Part shown: positions 52,181 through 64,000 of the stretch, one piece after another
How positions within the stretch are numbered: position 1 is the first letter of the stretch
Layout: each line of letters starts with the position of its first letter
Assembly (NCBI GenBank): GCA_021613535.1
Contig: CP075495.1
Location: 15,190,001-15,254,000 of the forward strand
Direction of reading: 5' to 3'
Source: Adineta vaga
Lineage: Eukaryota > Animalia > Rotifera
DNA: 64,000 bases
Made by a program: the position numbers and the translations under genes
The notes under the pieces: model-generated
What the model was told of the DNA's origin: nothing
The model's database searches: none
The model's input: only the letters and a program-made list of their open reading frames with translations

Positions 52181-53191
52181 TCAATTGTTTTCATCACAAC
52201 TATAATAATTTTCTTCAAATTCATTAACATCTTTTGCGATATGTCCCAGTTTGTGACGCATATTGTTTGCAGGTGCAAGTTCAGCTTGATTATTACAATG
52301 GTGATTATAAAATGACGATGCGCTTGATAAACATTGACCACCGTGATAAGCATTGTTGAAATTACATAATCGGTATTTCGTATTCTATTTTCAAAAAAAA
52401 ACAGAGAAATTGAAAAATCATATGATTGACACTTACTTCGTGCATTTCGAAGTTACTCTCGGATGAAAGTTCGGTTGACGAATATACATATTGACGATTT
52501 TTATCAGCTTTATATGAAGTGTCTCGTACATTCTACAAAAGAAAGTTCCAATGTAAAATTCATCTGATGAAATATTTCTTTCAATTCTTCTTACTGTATG
52601 ATAATTTGAAACATCTGCACGTTGAGAAATGCTCGATAAACTGTATGATCTATTTCGTGACGAACGTGAACGACCACGATTTTTACTAGAATTACGTCGA
52701 TTTATTGTCTCATACTATAAATCAAACAAAGAAAAATGTTGAACATTATGTAATAATCATTGCTCACCTTGTTTATTTCTTGACTATTTGACAATGGAGA
52801 TTCAGTTGAAGAATATGGATATCGACGTTTACTATTACGGATCTTATATGATTCACGTTCGACTCTCTACAAAAGAATGAAATCATCTGAGTTTTATGTG
52901 ATTAAATATTTACTTTATTTCGGTTTGCACTGCGATTTGATGAATGACGAGAACGACGTTTGTTTTGACTATAAGAAGATCCCACAAGAGTCTACGATAA
53001 AATCACGTAAATATATGATTTCTCTTTTTTATCGATATACTTACTTCATGATTTCTTGCATTGACACCTTTCGCAGATTGATTACTACCTATTTTGGAAC
53101 TTTTTATACGTTGTTCAGCATCGACGTTGCCATTGCCATCAGTGAGCTTTTGTCTGAGGCCGAAACAACTCGTTATCAAATTTCTTGGCAT
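52181..53191 (-). CDS. Small multi-exon Ser/Arg-rich disordered protein, array gene A copy 1 (diverged)
   Basis: Starts MPRNLITSCFG, has GT-AG introns, and ends ..VNEFEENYYSCDENN*. Confidence 0.6.
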
Positions 53192-54611
53192 GTTCAAGTT
53201 GATCTATATAAAAATGAAGAATAAATATTAGTGGAATAAGAAATGGAAACATAGTATGAATGAAGAAAAACGACTGTGCGAATGTATATATGGATATTTT
53301 TTCCTTTTCTTTTCTTCGTCCAGTCAATTTACTGACTAGACATGAGGAAAGAACATGTGTGATATATCTGGGGATCGTCTAGCGAATATGTTATATAACT
53401 ATTCGATATCATGTACATCCTAAGAACTTGTATGTTCAATATTTATAAGAATCAGCATATGCTTTCTTTTTGTGGAATGGATCAACAATTGTTTTATTCC
53501 TAATATGATGTCCTCGATGAACTAAATCACTCGAACTGTTTTTCAGAAGCATTTATAATATTGAAAATATAGAAATTAGCTTCACGTTGATTCAAAGATT
53601 TCATTTAAAGAGATACATGTGACTCGATATGAGAACGTTCATTTATTCGTTATTTATCGAAAGAATTATATAATTGTTCAATCCTTTCACAAGGCATCAA
53701 ACAAATTGTACCTATGATGATTTCAATCGAATACTCTTTGCAAATTCTTTCTGTTTTAGTACTGAAAAACAAAAATTCTTCGCGATTCTCTTTTGACAAA
53801 GTGAAATTGTATGAATTAGTGTTTATGATACAAATACTGTTAAAAGTAATATGATCACTTTAAGACGACTAATCATGGAAAAACTACAAGATCAAATGGT
53901 TCTTACTATACATGTATTTGTAAACAAAACTTGCAAATAGCTGTATATCTCGAATAAATATGTTCTCATACTATCTGACTTTCTCATATGTATACATAGT
54001 CAAAATGGTCTTTTACTATACATACTTTTCCATGAAAGGAAACGTGAATATGATAATGCTTTACGACAGTGGTTGATGAAGACATATAAGCTGTTATTTG
54101 ATGATTTTGCGACAAGTTTTTATCTGATAGTCAATCATAAAAATGACACGTCTATTTATAGGTTCCCTCTAACGACTCGTCTATTGATGATCTCATGAGT
54201 ATAATTGCCTGATATTCACATGCCTATTTACAAAAAGGAGCAGAGATAAGTGTGACCGCTATCGTCAAATATATTCATGAAAAAATGATGACTTCATCGA
54301 ACGGATATTCGGATATAGTCATAAATAAAGATAATTAATCTATTTTACAGATTGAATCAGTGGCCAAGCATTAAACTTTAATACTAACTTAAATTCAGAA
54401 AAAAAATAATAAATTTTCAAAGCAGAAAATCAATCAAACATATTATGTAAGAAGTACGAGTTCTATGAAATATTTAAGTTAGAAAGATTTTCATCGGTTT
54501 TTATCACTAAATACGTCGTCAATAATCACTTTTTTCCAAAGAAAAAATAAAATTACCCAAAATAATTATCTCATTATTTGTTAAAAATAAAATAAAATAA
54601 AAGATTTGCAG

Positions 54612-56080
54612 TTAATTCAAATCTTGTTGTCGTCGTTCATAAACAATCAAGTAGGTTGGTAAGGCTAAACAAGCATCGTCGTTCGATAAAAGCAGAAAAT
54701 TATTATCGTCATCTTTTGCTAATTCCACAGCAAATAAATAATGTTTTCCATCAGTTGATCGACGTGTTCCATATAAATGACTATTCAAAGCATCACGTGT
54801 CAAACAAATCGATCCAATCGAATCATTTTCAAATTGTTCACCTAAAAAGAACAAATTAAGAAAAAAACATGGAGTGATCGAAATCAACAAACCATAATGT
54901 GATGCATTTGTCGAATGTAAACCATAATGAATAATTGATTGAACCGATGCAAATGAACAACCATGAAAATATAATTGTATTTCATCTCGTTTTCGACTCA
55001 TAAAATGTTGATATAATGGATAATTTTCGATTGATTCAATCTATTTAAAAAATGAAATAATCTTATTGAAGTTTTTCTTTCAAATCTGTTCTTTTTACTC
55101 GATCAATTTGCCAAGCCGACATTGACATCGTTTCTTGAAAAACTCGAACACATTGTAAAGATTCATATGATGATTTGGTTATTTCTTTTGTACGAATCAT
55201 TAAAAATGATGTTGACCATGATGATGGAATTCGGCTCTTTGATACTATTCATGCAAAAACATTTGTTTTATCAAAAGACTTTCATTATTCTTTCTTTACC
55301 ATCGAATTGTTTTTTTACAAGAAAAGCATTTCGTCTTGTTTTTGTTGGTCGAACTTGTAATTTAGTTAAATCAATATCAAATACTAATTGTTGATTATCT
55401 TCAATTCTTATCTAAATGAAAATACATTTTTGCAAATTGAAATCAACAAAAGAAATACGAAACAAACATTTTTTTCTCCCACAGTAAAAGCTTCATCGAT
55501 TTTCAATGATATATAAGAATTGAATTGAATTTCTTCCGATTTTTCTCCATTCTCTGTAAACACATAACTATATTGATGAATATATTTTTCTTGTCGTAAA
55601 TTAGAAAAACATTGTAAACATGATTCATGATCACCACGTAGTATTAATTCACTACGAGAATAATCAATGTGTGGAATTACATTGTATGATAAACAAATAT
55701 CAATTAATAAATCCACCTAAAAAATCAAAAGAGAAAGATCCATTAGTGAAAGAACTAAAATCCAAACCTGTGAAATTATTTTTGATTCGACTAACGTGAG
55801 ATCAAATGTTTGTTCATGCATTAATTTTTCTAATGATTTGATTAAAAGTTGATGATGTTGATCGATGTTTTTTAAATCGGATAAAGTTATTATTCGTTTA
55901 CCTAAATAAAAGATTATATTCGAGAATGTATTCTTCATTCGTATATTTACTTTGTATATCGCGTTTGATTGTTCGCTGTTTTATTCCTACGGACTTGATT
56001 GGTTTTCTTTCATTTGATATTTTTGGTGTTGAAGTAATTTGTTCACGAAGACTACATGTATGTTTTTTATATCGATTCAT
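54612..56080 (-). CDS. KH-like + WWE + shortened PARP-like domain protein, array gene B copy 1
   Basis: SELILRGDHESCLQC (KH-like); HQYSY..FNSYISLKIDEAF..VFDIDLTKLQV (WWE-like); IPSSWS, IESIENYPLYQHF, LYFHGC, ALNSHLY, GKHYLFAVEL and LPTYLIVY (PARP12/14-type catalytic scaffold). The start codon is uncertain. Confidence 0.72.
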
Positions 56081-56471
56081 ATACTTTTTGTATCCTCTGC
56101 CTCCACTGTTCAGTTTTCTATGTTGTCAGAGTAAGCTTTTGAAAAGCAACAGCAACATAAGTACAGCATGCTTCGATGTGATGGATGTTTGCAATTATTT
56201 TGTTTTAACCGTTTTACAGATTATCGACAAGATCTGAATCGACAACTCGATGAAATGCAAGTCCATCGTCGTGATCTATTTCGATAAACACAAGGATCAA
56301 AGAAACCAATGGATGGTTAAAGATTGTATCAATAAAATACGATACACTATGCAAAATAAGCTAGACAACTTCTACGCAAACATTTCATTGGTATTTAAGA
56401 TAAATATAAACATTTATTGAAAAAACCGAAGAAAAAGAGATTCTGTTCAATAAATATTAAGAGGAAAAGAT

Positions 56472-57221
56472 TTATTTCTCATTACAACTGAAATATTGTT
56501 CGATTTCGTCTTGTGCTTGTTTAACTGGACGATTTCGAATTAAATGCGACTTGTTATGATCATACGATTGATATTTCACTTTCTAGAATAGAAAATATAT
56601 TTAAAAAAAGATGCAAGTCATACGATAAACTCTCACTTTACTTTCCATGGTACACGTTGATGAAGATATATCTGAGGAATATGAAAGACGAGGAATATTT
56701 TTATTACCGAACATATGACTGCTTCCATTCTACAGAAGAAATATATACAAGTTTTAAATTCGCATGATCAAACGTTATTTGAATTAATTTTTACATCTTT
56801 TCGTGATGAACATGAGTAACGATGAGTTTTGTTAGAAAAAATACGTCGATTTCCTGTTAAATGCTACAAATCAGACATGAAAAATATTTGAAGTCAAACA
56901 ATAAATTTCGCTTACTTTGCTTTTTTCTTGGTTACTAGATGATGATGTCGATTCAATAGAAGATGATGAATACGTATATGGACGAATATCATTAGGAATT
57001 CCATGCGATAGTTGTTCAACTTTCTATAAAAATATGAGACAATTTGGGTTATATGTTTTTCAAATTTATTTTATTTTGTTTACATTACGATCACTTGAAT
57101 GATTACGACGGAATACGTTGTCATTATTTTTCTTCAAATTGTTATTGTCACGAACATTATTATTACCTGTTGATGAATTGTTTTGTTTTGCGCCGAAGCA
57201 ATTTGCTATCCATTTCGACAT
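56472..57221 (-). CDS. Array gene A copy 2
   Basis: Starts MSKWIANCFGAKQNN and ends AQDEIEQYFSCNEK*; short GT-AG introns. Confidence 0.6.
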
Positions 57222-57471
57222 ATTAAGATTTATCTAAACGAAAACAATAAATATTCGTCCGCTGGAACAATTACTAGTAATAAGACAACGAAATGAAAAT
57301 GTATTACGAATAAATAAAACGACTGTGAATACATCATAGACTTTTCCTCTCCCACTCGATCTCTTGTTCATCCAGTCAATTCAAACACTGGGCGCTACGA
57401 AAGAAATATATAATATGTATATACTACGTCTAGAGGATGCTACACGAACAATCGATTTCAAGTACGCTTAA

Positions 57472-57635
57472 CCTCTTGAATACCGATGTCTTCAAATTGA
57501 AGACGAGATAGAGGCACGAGATATTTTCTTGCGTTCTGTCAAATCGTTCACCAGTTAAATTCGCTAGAGAGAGTGATTCGCCATCTTTTTTCGCGTATCT
57601 AACAGAACGAAAAAATTTTGTCGGTATTCAGGAGG
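57472..57635. mobile_element. piggyBac-like MITE (164 bp) with TTAA target-site duplication
   Basis: TTAA|cctcttgaataccga ... tcggtattcaggagg|TTAA (15-bp TIR, 1 mismatch). The empty site gtacgcTTAAaaaagatg is present in the next repeat unit (~61625-61642). Confidence 0.92.
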
Positions 57636-58729
57636 TTAAAAAAGATGTTCTATGTTCAATATTTATTTAGATCGATGTCTGTTTTCTGCTCTATGGAAAG
57701 GATCGACAATGTTTTTTCCTAATATAATATTTTCGAAAAACTGAAGCATCCAAACTGTTTCTTTAAAATATTCATATCGAAAGAATGCAAAAAAAGCTCG
57801 AATTTGATTTAAAGGCAATAATTCCACGCTGTATGTTCAAAGATTTCACATGGATAGATACTACGGCTCACTATGCTAACGGTTATTTATTAGTTGTTCA
57901 TATAAATAGTTATCTGATTGATTGGTCAAGTAGTTCAATCCCTTTCGTAGGTATCACACAAACTTTGCTAATGATATTTTTAATCGGATATTTTTGGCAT
58001 CTTCCCTATAATTATCTTCTGACGACATGAAAAAATGGGAATCAATATTTGTAATGCGACCCTTAAAACAGCTAATCATCAAGGAGATCTGACAAATAGA
58101 ATGGGTTTTACCATACATCTCGAGTAAATTTGTTTATAGCGTCTGACTCAACATATGGATAGCTGGTGAAGATGGTCTTTTACTACACACTTTTCCAATG
58201 CAGGAGATATGAATATGATAATGATTTATAACAGGAGTCGATGAAGACATTGACATAGTCTGTTGTGTGAAACTTCTGTAATAAATAGATATTCGATATT
58301 CTAGCATAAAAATGATATCTATATTTATACTTATCTTTTAATGACCTGTCTATTGACGATTTCATACCTGTAATTGCCTAATGTTCACATGTAAATAAAT
58401 AAAAAGCGGTAGAGATAAATATTATTGTTTTCGTCGGATATGTTCATGGAAAAAAATAATGGCTTCGCTTTACGGATATTCGCATACAGTCATATACGAA
58501 GACAAGATTATCTATTTCACAGATCAGTTCAATCTTCAAATATTGAAGTATAATCTTGATTCGAATTCAAAGAAAATCAATCAAACAATATTATATATAT
58601 TATATACACAAATTGAATGCAAACGACACAAGTTCAATAAAATATTTAAGTTAGAAAGATTTCCACCGATATTTATTACTAAATAATTAGTATATCATTA
58701 ATTATTAAAAAGAAAATAAACTTTGAAAA

Positions 58730-60201
58730 TTAGTTCAAATCTTGTTGTCGTCGTTGATAAACAATCAAATAGGTTGGCAGAGCTAAACAAGCATCGTCGT
58801 TCGATAAAAGCAGAAAATTATTATCGTCATCTTTTGCTAATTCCACAGCAAATAAATAATGTTTTCCATCAGTTGATCGACGTGTTCCATATAAATGACT
58901 ATTCAAAGCATCACGTGTCAAACAAATCGATCCAATCGAATCATTTTCAAATTGTTCACCTAAAAAGAACAAATTAAGAAAAAAACATGGAGTGATCGAA
59001 ATCAACAAACCATAATGTGATGCATTTGTCGAATGTAAACCATAATGAATAATTGATTGAACCGATGCAAATGAACAACCATGAAAATATAATTGTGTTT
59101 CATCTCGTTTTCGACTCATAAAATGTTGATATAATGGATAATTTTCGATTGATTCAATCTATTTAAAAAATGAAATAATCTTATTGAAGTTTTTCTTTCA
59201 AATCTGTTCTTTTTACTCGATTAATTTGCCAAACAGACATTGACATCGTTTCTTGAAAAACTCGAACACATTGTAAAGATTCATATGATGATTTGATTAT
59301 TTCTTTTGTACGAATCATTAGAAATGATGTTGACCATGATGATGGAATTCGACTCTTTGATACTATTCATGTAAAAACATTTGTTTTATCAAAAGACTTT
59401 CATTATTCTTTCTTTACCATCGAATTGTTTTTTCACAAGAAAAGCATTTCGTCTTGTTTTTGTTGGTCGAACTTGTAATTTAATTAAATCAATATCAAAT
59501 ACTAATTGTTGATTATCTTCAATTCTTATCTAAATGAAAATATATTTTTGCAAAACTGAAATCAACAAAAGAAATACGAAACAAACATTTGTTTCTCCCA
59601 CAGCAAAAGCTTCATCGATTTTCAATGATATATAAGTATTAAATTGAATTTCTCCAGATTTTTCTCCATTCTCTGTAAACACATAACTATATTGATGAAT
59701 ATATTTTTCTTGAAGTAGATTAGAAAAACATTGTAAACACGATTCATGATCACCACGTAGTATTAATTCATTACAAGAATAATCAATGTGTGGAATTACA
59801 TTGTATGATAAACAAATATCAATTAATAAATCCACCTAAAAAATCAAAAGAGAAAAAGATCCATTAGTGAAAGAACTAAAATCCAAACCTGTGAAATTAT
59901 TTTTGATTCGACTAACGTGAGATCAAATGTTTGTTCATGTATTAATTTTTCTAATGATTTGATTAAAAGTTGATGATGTTGATCGATGTTTTTTAAATCG
60001 GATAAAGTTATTATTCGTTTACCTAAATAAAAGATTATATTCGAGAATGTATTCTTCATTCGTATATTTACTTTGTATATCGCGTTTGATTGTTCGCTGT
60101 TTTATTCCTACGGACTTGATTGGTTTTCTTTCATTTGATATTTTTGGTGTTGAAGTAATTTGTTCACGAAGACTACATGTATGTTTTTTATATCGATTCA
60201 T
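58730..60201 (-). CDS. Array gene B copy 2 (KH-WWE-PARP-like)
   Basis: Same exons as copy 1 with several amino-acid substitutions (YSCNE, NLLQE, SGEI, AVGETN). Confidence 0.72.
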
Positions 60202-60592
60202 ATACTTTTTGTATCCTCTGCCTCCACTGTTCAGTTTTCTATGTTGTCAGAGTAAGCTTTTGAAAAGCAACAGCAACATAAGTACAGCATGCTTCGATGT
60301 GATGGATGTTTGCAATTATTTTGTTTTAACCGTTTTACAGATTATCGACAAGATCTGAATCGACAACTCGATGAAATGCAAGTCCATCGTCGTGATCTAT
60401 TTCGATAAACACAAGGATCAAAGAAACCAATGGATGGTTAAAGATTGTATCAATAAAATACGATACACTATGCAAAATAAGCTAGACAACTTCTACGCAA
60501 ACATTTCATTGGTATTTAAGATAAATATAAACATTTATTGAAAAAACCGAAGAAAAAGAGATTCTGTTCAATAAATATTAAGAGGAAAAGAT

Positions 60593-61387
60593 TTATTTCT
60601 CATTACAACTGAAATATTGTTCGATTTCGTCTTGTGCTTGTTTAACTGGACGATTTCGAATTAAATGCGACTTGTTATGATCATACGATTGATATTTCAC
60701 TTTCTAGAATAGAAAATATATTTAAAAAAAGATGCAAGTCATACGATAAACTCTCACTTTACTTTCCATGGTACACGTTGATGAAGATATATCTGAGGAA
60801 TATGAAAGACGAGGAATATTTTTATTACCGAACATATGACTGCTTCCATTCTACAGAAGAAATATATACAAGTTTTAAATTCGCATGATCAAACGTTATT
60901 TGAATTAATTTTTACATCTTTTCGTGATGAACATGAGTAACGATGAGTTTTGTTAGAAAAAATACGTCGATTTCCTGTTAAATGCTACAAATCAGACATG
61001 AAAAATATTTGAAGTCAAACAATAAATTTCGCTTACTTTGCTTTTTTCTTGGTTACTAGATGATGATGTCGATTCAATAGAAGATGATGAATACGTATAT
61101 GGACGAATATCATTAGGAATTCCATGCGATAGTTGTTCAACTTTCTATAAAAATATGAGACAATATGGATTATATGTTTTTCAAATTTATCTTATTTAGC
61201 TTACATTACGATCACTTGAATGATTACGATGGAATACGTTGTCATTATTGTTCTTCAAATTGTTATTGTCACGAACATTATTGTTATTACTAACAGTCGA
61301 ATTTTTATTGCCACGACCATTATTGTTATTACTAACAGTCGAATTTTTTTGTTTCACGCCGAAGCAAGTTGTGATGCAGTTTGGCAT
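60593..61387 (-). CDS. Array gene A copy 3
   Basis: Starts MPNCITTCFGVKQK with an internal duplication of KNSTVSNNNN; the 3' exons match copy 2 (..EQYFSCNEK*). Confidence 0.6.
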
Positions 61388-62718
61388 GTTGAGATTTATC
61401 TAAACGAAAACAATAAATATTCGTCCGCTGGAACAATTACTAGTAAGACAACGAAATGAAAATGTGTTACGAATAAATAAAACGACTGTGAATGCATCAT
61501 AGACTTTTCCTCTCCCACTCGATCTTTTGTTCATCCAGTCAATTCAACCACTGGACGTTACGAAAGAAATATATAATATGTATAAACTACGTCTAGAGGA
61601 CGCTACACGAACAATCAACTTCAAGTACGCTTAAAAAAGATGTTCTACGTTCAATATTTTTTTAAATTGATGTCTGTTTTCTTTTCTATGGAAAGGATCG
61701 ACAATGTTTTTTCCTAATATGATGTTTTCGAAAAACTGAAGCATCCAAACTGTTTCTTTAAAACATTCATATCGAAAGAACGTAAAAATAGCTCGAGTTT
61801 GATTTAAAGGTAATAATTCCAAGCTGTACGTTTAAAGATTTCACATGGACAGATACTACGACTCAATATGCTAACGGTTATTTATTAGTTGTTCATATAA
61901 ATAGTTATCTAATTGATTGGTCAACTTGTTCAATCCCTTTCGTAGATATCAGACAAACTGTGATAATGGCATTTTTAATCGGATATTTTAGGCATCTTCT
62001 TAATGATTATCTTTTGACAACATGGAAATATGGGAATTAATATTTGTGATCCGACCCTTAAAACGGCTAATCATCAAGGAGATCTGACAAATAGAATGGG
62101 TTTTACCATACATCTCGAGTAAATTTGTTTATAGCATCTGACTCAACATATGGATAGCTGGTAAAGATGGTCTTTTACTACATACTTTCCCAATGCAGGA
62201 GATATGATAATGATTTATGACAGGAGTCGATGAAGACGTTGACATAGTCTGTTGTTTGAAGCGTTTGTGATAAATAGATATGTGATACTCTAGCATAAAA
62301 ATGATATCTATATCTATACTTATCTTTTAATGACCTGTCTATTGACGATTTCATACCTGTAATTGCCTAATGTTCACATGTAAATAAATAAAAAGCGGTA
62401 GAGATAAATATTATTGTTTTCGTCGGATATGTTCATGGAAAAAAATAATGGCTTCGCTTTACGGATATTCGCATACAGTCATATACGAAGACAAGATTAT
62501 CTATTTCACAGATCAGTTCAATCTTCAAATATTGAAGTATAATCTTGATTCGAATTCAAAGAAAATCAATCAAACAATATTATATATATTATATACACAA
62601 ATTGAATGCAAACGACACAAGTTCAATAAAATATTTAAGTTAGAAAGATTTCCACCGATATTTATTACTAAATAATTAGTATATCATTAATTATTAAAAA
62701 GAAAATAAACTTTGAAAA

Positions 62719-64000
62719 TTAGTTCAAATCTTGTTGTCGTCGTTGATAAACAATCAAATAGGTTGGCAGAGCTAAACAAGCATCGTCGTTCGATAAAAGC
62801 AGAAAATTATTATCGTCATCTTTTGCTAATTCCACAGCAAATAAATAATGTTTTCCATCAGTTGATCGACGTGTTCCATATAAATGACTATTCAAAGCAT
62901 CACGTGTCAAACAAATCGATCCAATCGAATCATTTTCAAATTGTTCACCTAAAAAGAACAAATTAAGAAAAAACATGGAGTGATCGAAATCAACAAACCA
63001 TAATGTGATGCATTTGTCGAATGTAAACCATAATGAATAATTGATTGAACCGATGCAAATGAACAACCATGAAAATATAATTGTGTTTCATCTCGTTTTC
63101 GACTCATAAAATGTTGATATAATGGATAATTTTCGATTGATTCAATCTATTTAAAAAATGAAATAATCTTATTGAAGTTTTTCTTTCAAATCTGTTCTTT
63201 TTACTCGATTAATTTGCCAAACAGACATTGACATCGTTTCTTGAAAAACTCGAACACATTGTAAAGATTCATATGATGATTTGATTATTTCTTTTGTACG
63301 AATCATTAGAAATGATGTTGACCATGATGATGGAATTCGACTCTTTGATACTATTCATGTAAAAACATTTGTTTTATCAAAAGACTTTCATTATTCTTTC
63401 TTTACCATCGAATTGTTTTTTTACAAGAAAAGCATTTCGTCTTGTTTTTGTTGGTCGAACTTGTAATTTAGTTAAATCAATATCAAATACTAATTGTTGA
63501 TTATCTTCAATTCTTATCTAAATGAAAATACATTTTTGCAAATTGAAATCAACAAAAGAAATACGAAACAAACATTTTTTTCTCCCACAGTAAAAGCTTC
63601 ATCGATTTTCAATGATATATAAGAATTGAATTGAATTTCTTCCGATTTTTCTCCATTCTCTGTAAACACATAACTATATTGATGAATATATTTTTCTTGT
63701 CGTAAATTAGAAAAACATTGTAAACATGATTCATGATCACCACGTAGTATTAATTCACTACGAGAATAATCAATGTGTGGAATTACATTGTATGATAAAC
63801 AAATATCAATTAATAAATCCACCTGATAAATCAAAAGAGAAAAAGATCCATTAGTGAAAGAACTAAAATCCAAACCTGTGAAATTATTTTTGATTCGACT
63901 AACGTGAGATCAAATGTTTGTTCATGCATTAATTTTTCTAATGATTTGATTAAAAGTTGATGATGTTGATCGATGTTTTTCAAATCAGATAAAGTTATTA
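62719..64000 (-). CDS. Array gene B copy 3 (5' end beyond the window)
   Basis: Same exon series as copies 1 and 2; truncated by the window edge. Confidence 0.7.

Larger units (their letters stand above)
52181..64000. repeat. Tandem segmental array, ~4.0-4.1 kb unit, three copies (third runs off the window)
   Basis: Homologous ORFs at offsets 54612/58730/62719, 55926/60047 and 58459/62448; long near-identical stretches. Confidence 0.95.

Noticed and set aside
55926-56237. Plus-strand ORFs repeated in the array (also 60047-60358, 54656-54859, 58723-58977, 58459-58686)
   Set aside because: They are antisense shadows or spacer ORFs, conserved only because the DNA is recently duplicated; no motifs.
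62719-63066. Apparent frameshift in gene B copy 3 (ORF track gives a different N-terminus)
   Set aside because: The 1-nt difference is in an A-run inside the intron (gtttg..tttttag), so the spliced CDS is unaffected.
1-64000. Prokaryotic operons, rRNA/tRNA genes or an alternative genetic code to explain the fragmented ORFs
   Set aside because: The fragmentation is explained by short GT-AG introns under the standard code; no rRNA or tRNA-like sequence was recognised.

Overview
Eukaryotic, very AT-rich, gene-dense DNA with many ~45-65 bp GT-AG introns. The intron style and gene families (N-terminal-domain/ART/TPR genes, rotifer-type 7TM receptors, 'HFLGGTISW' surface proteins, many genes of non-animal appearance) suggest a bdelloid rotifer (inference). 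About 25 genes or gene remnants can be reconstructed by splicing the ORF fragments: a PhyH-type dioxygenase, ceramide kinase, ABCG half-transporter, a short VPS13-like gene, a GFA/CENP-V protein, a cell-surface protein, a GLUT, a fungal-like MFS plus a 3' duplicate, a frameshifted TPR gene, three 7TM receptors, a stand-alone zf-PARP+WGR protein, DUF1275/YoaK, a ThiF/E1-like enzyme, Frag1/DRAM, eIF2B-gamma, an SLC46-like MFS and TECR. From ~52.2 kb to the window end lies a ~4 kb tandem array. Each unit carries a small disordered protein (N-terminal Cys-Phe-Gly, C-terminal FFAT-like motif) and a shortened KH-WWE-PARP-like gene. Several transposon remnants are present. Best leads: the catalytic-less zf-PARP/WGR putative DNA-break sensor, the amplified minimal WWE-PARP two-gene cassette, the mini-VPS13, and a tail-anchored ceramide kinase. 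All calls come from motif recognition by eye; no searches were run, and exon boundaries are manual.
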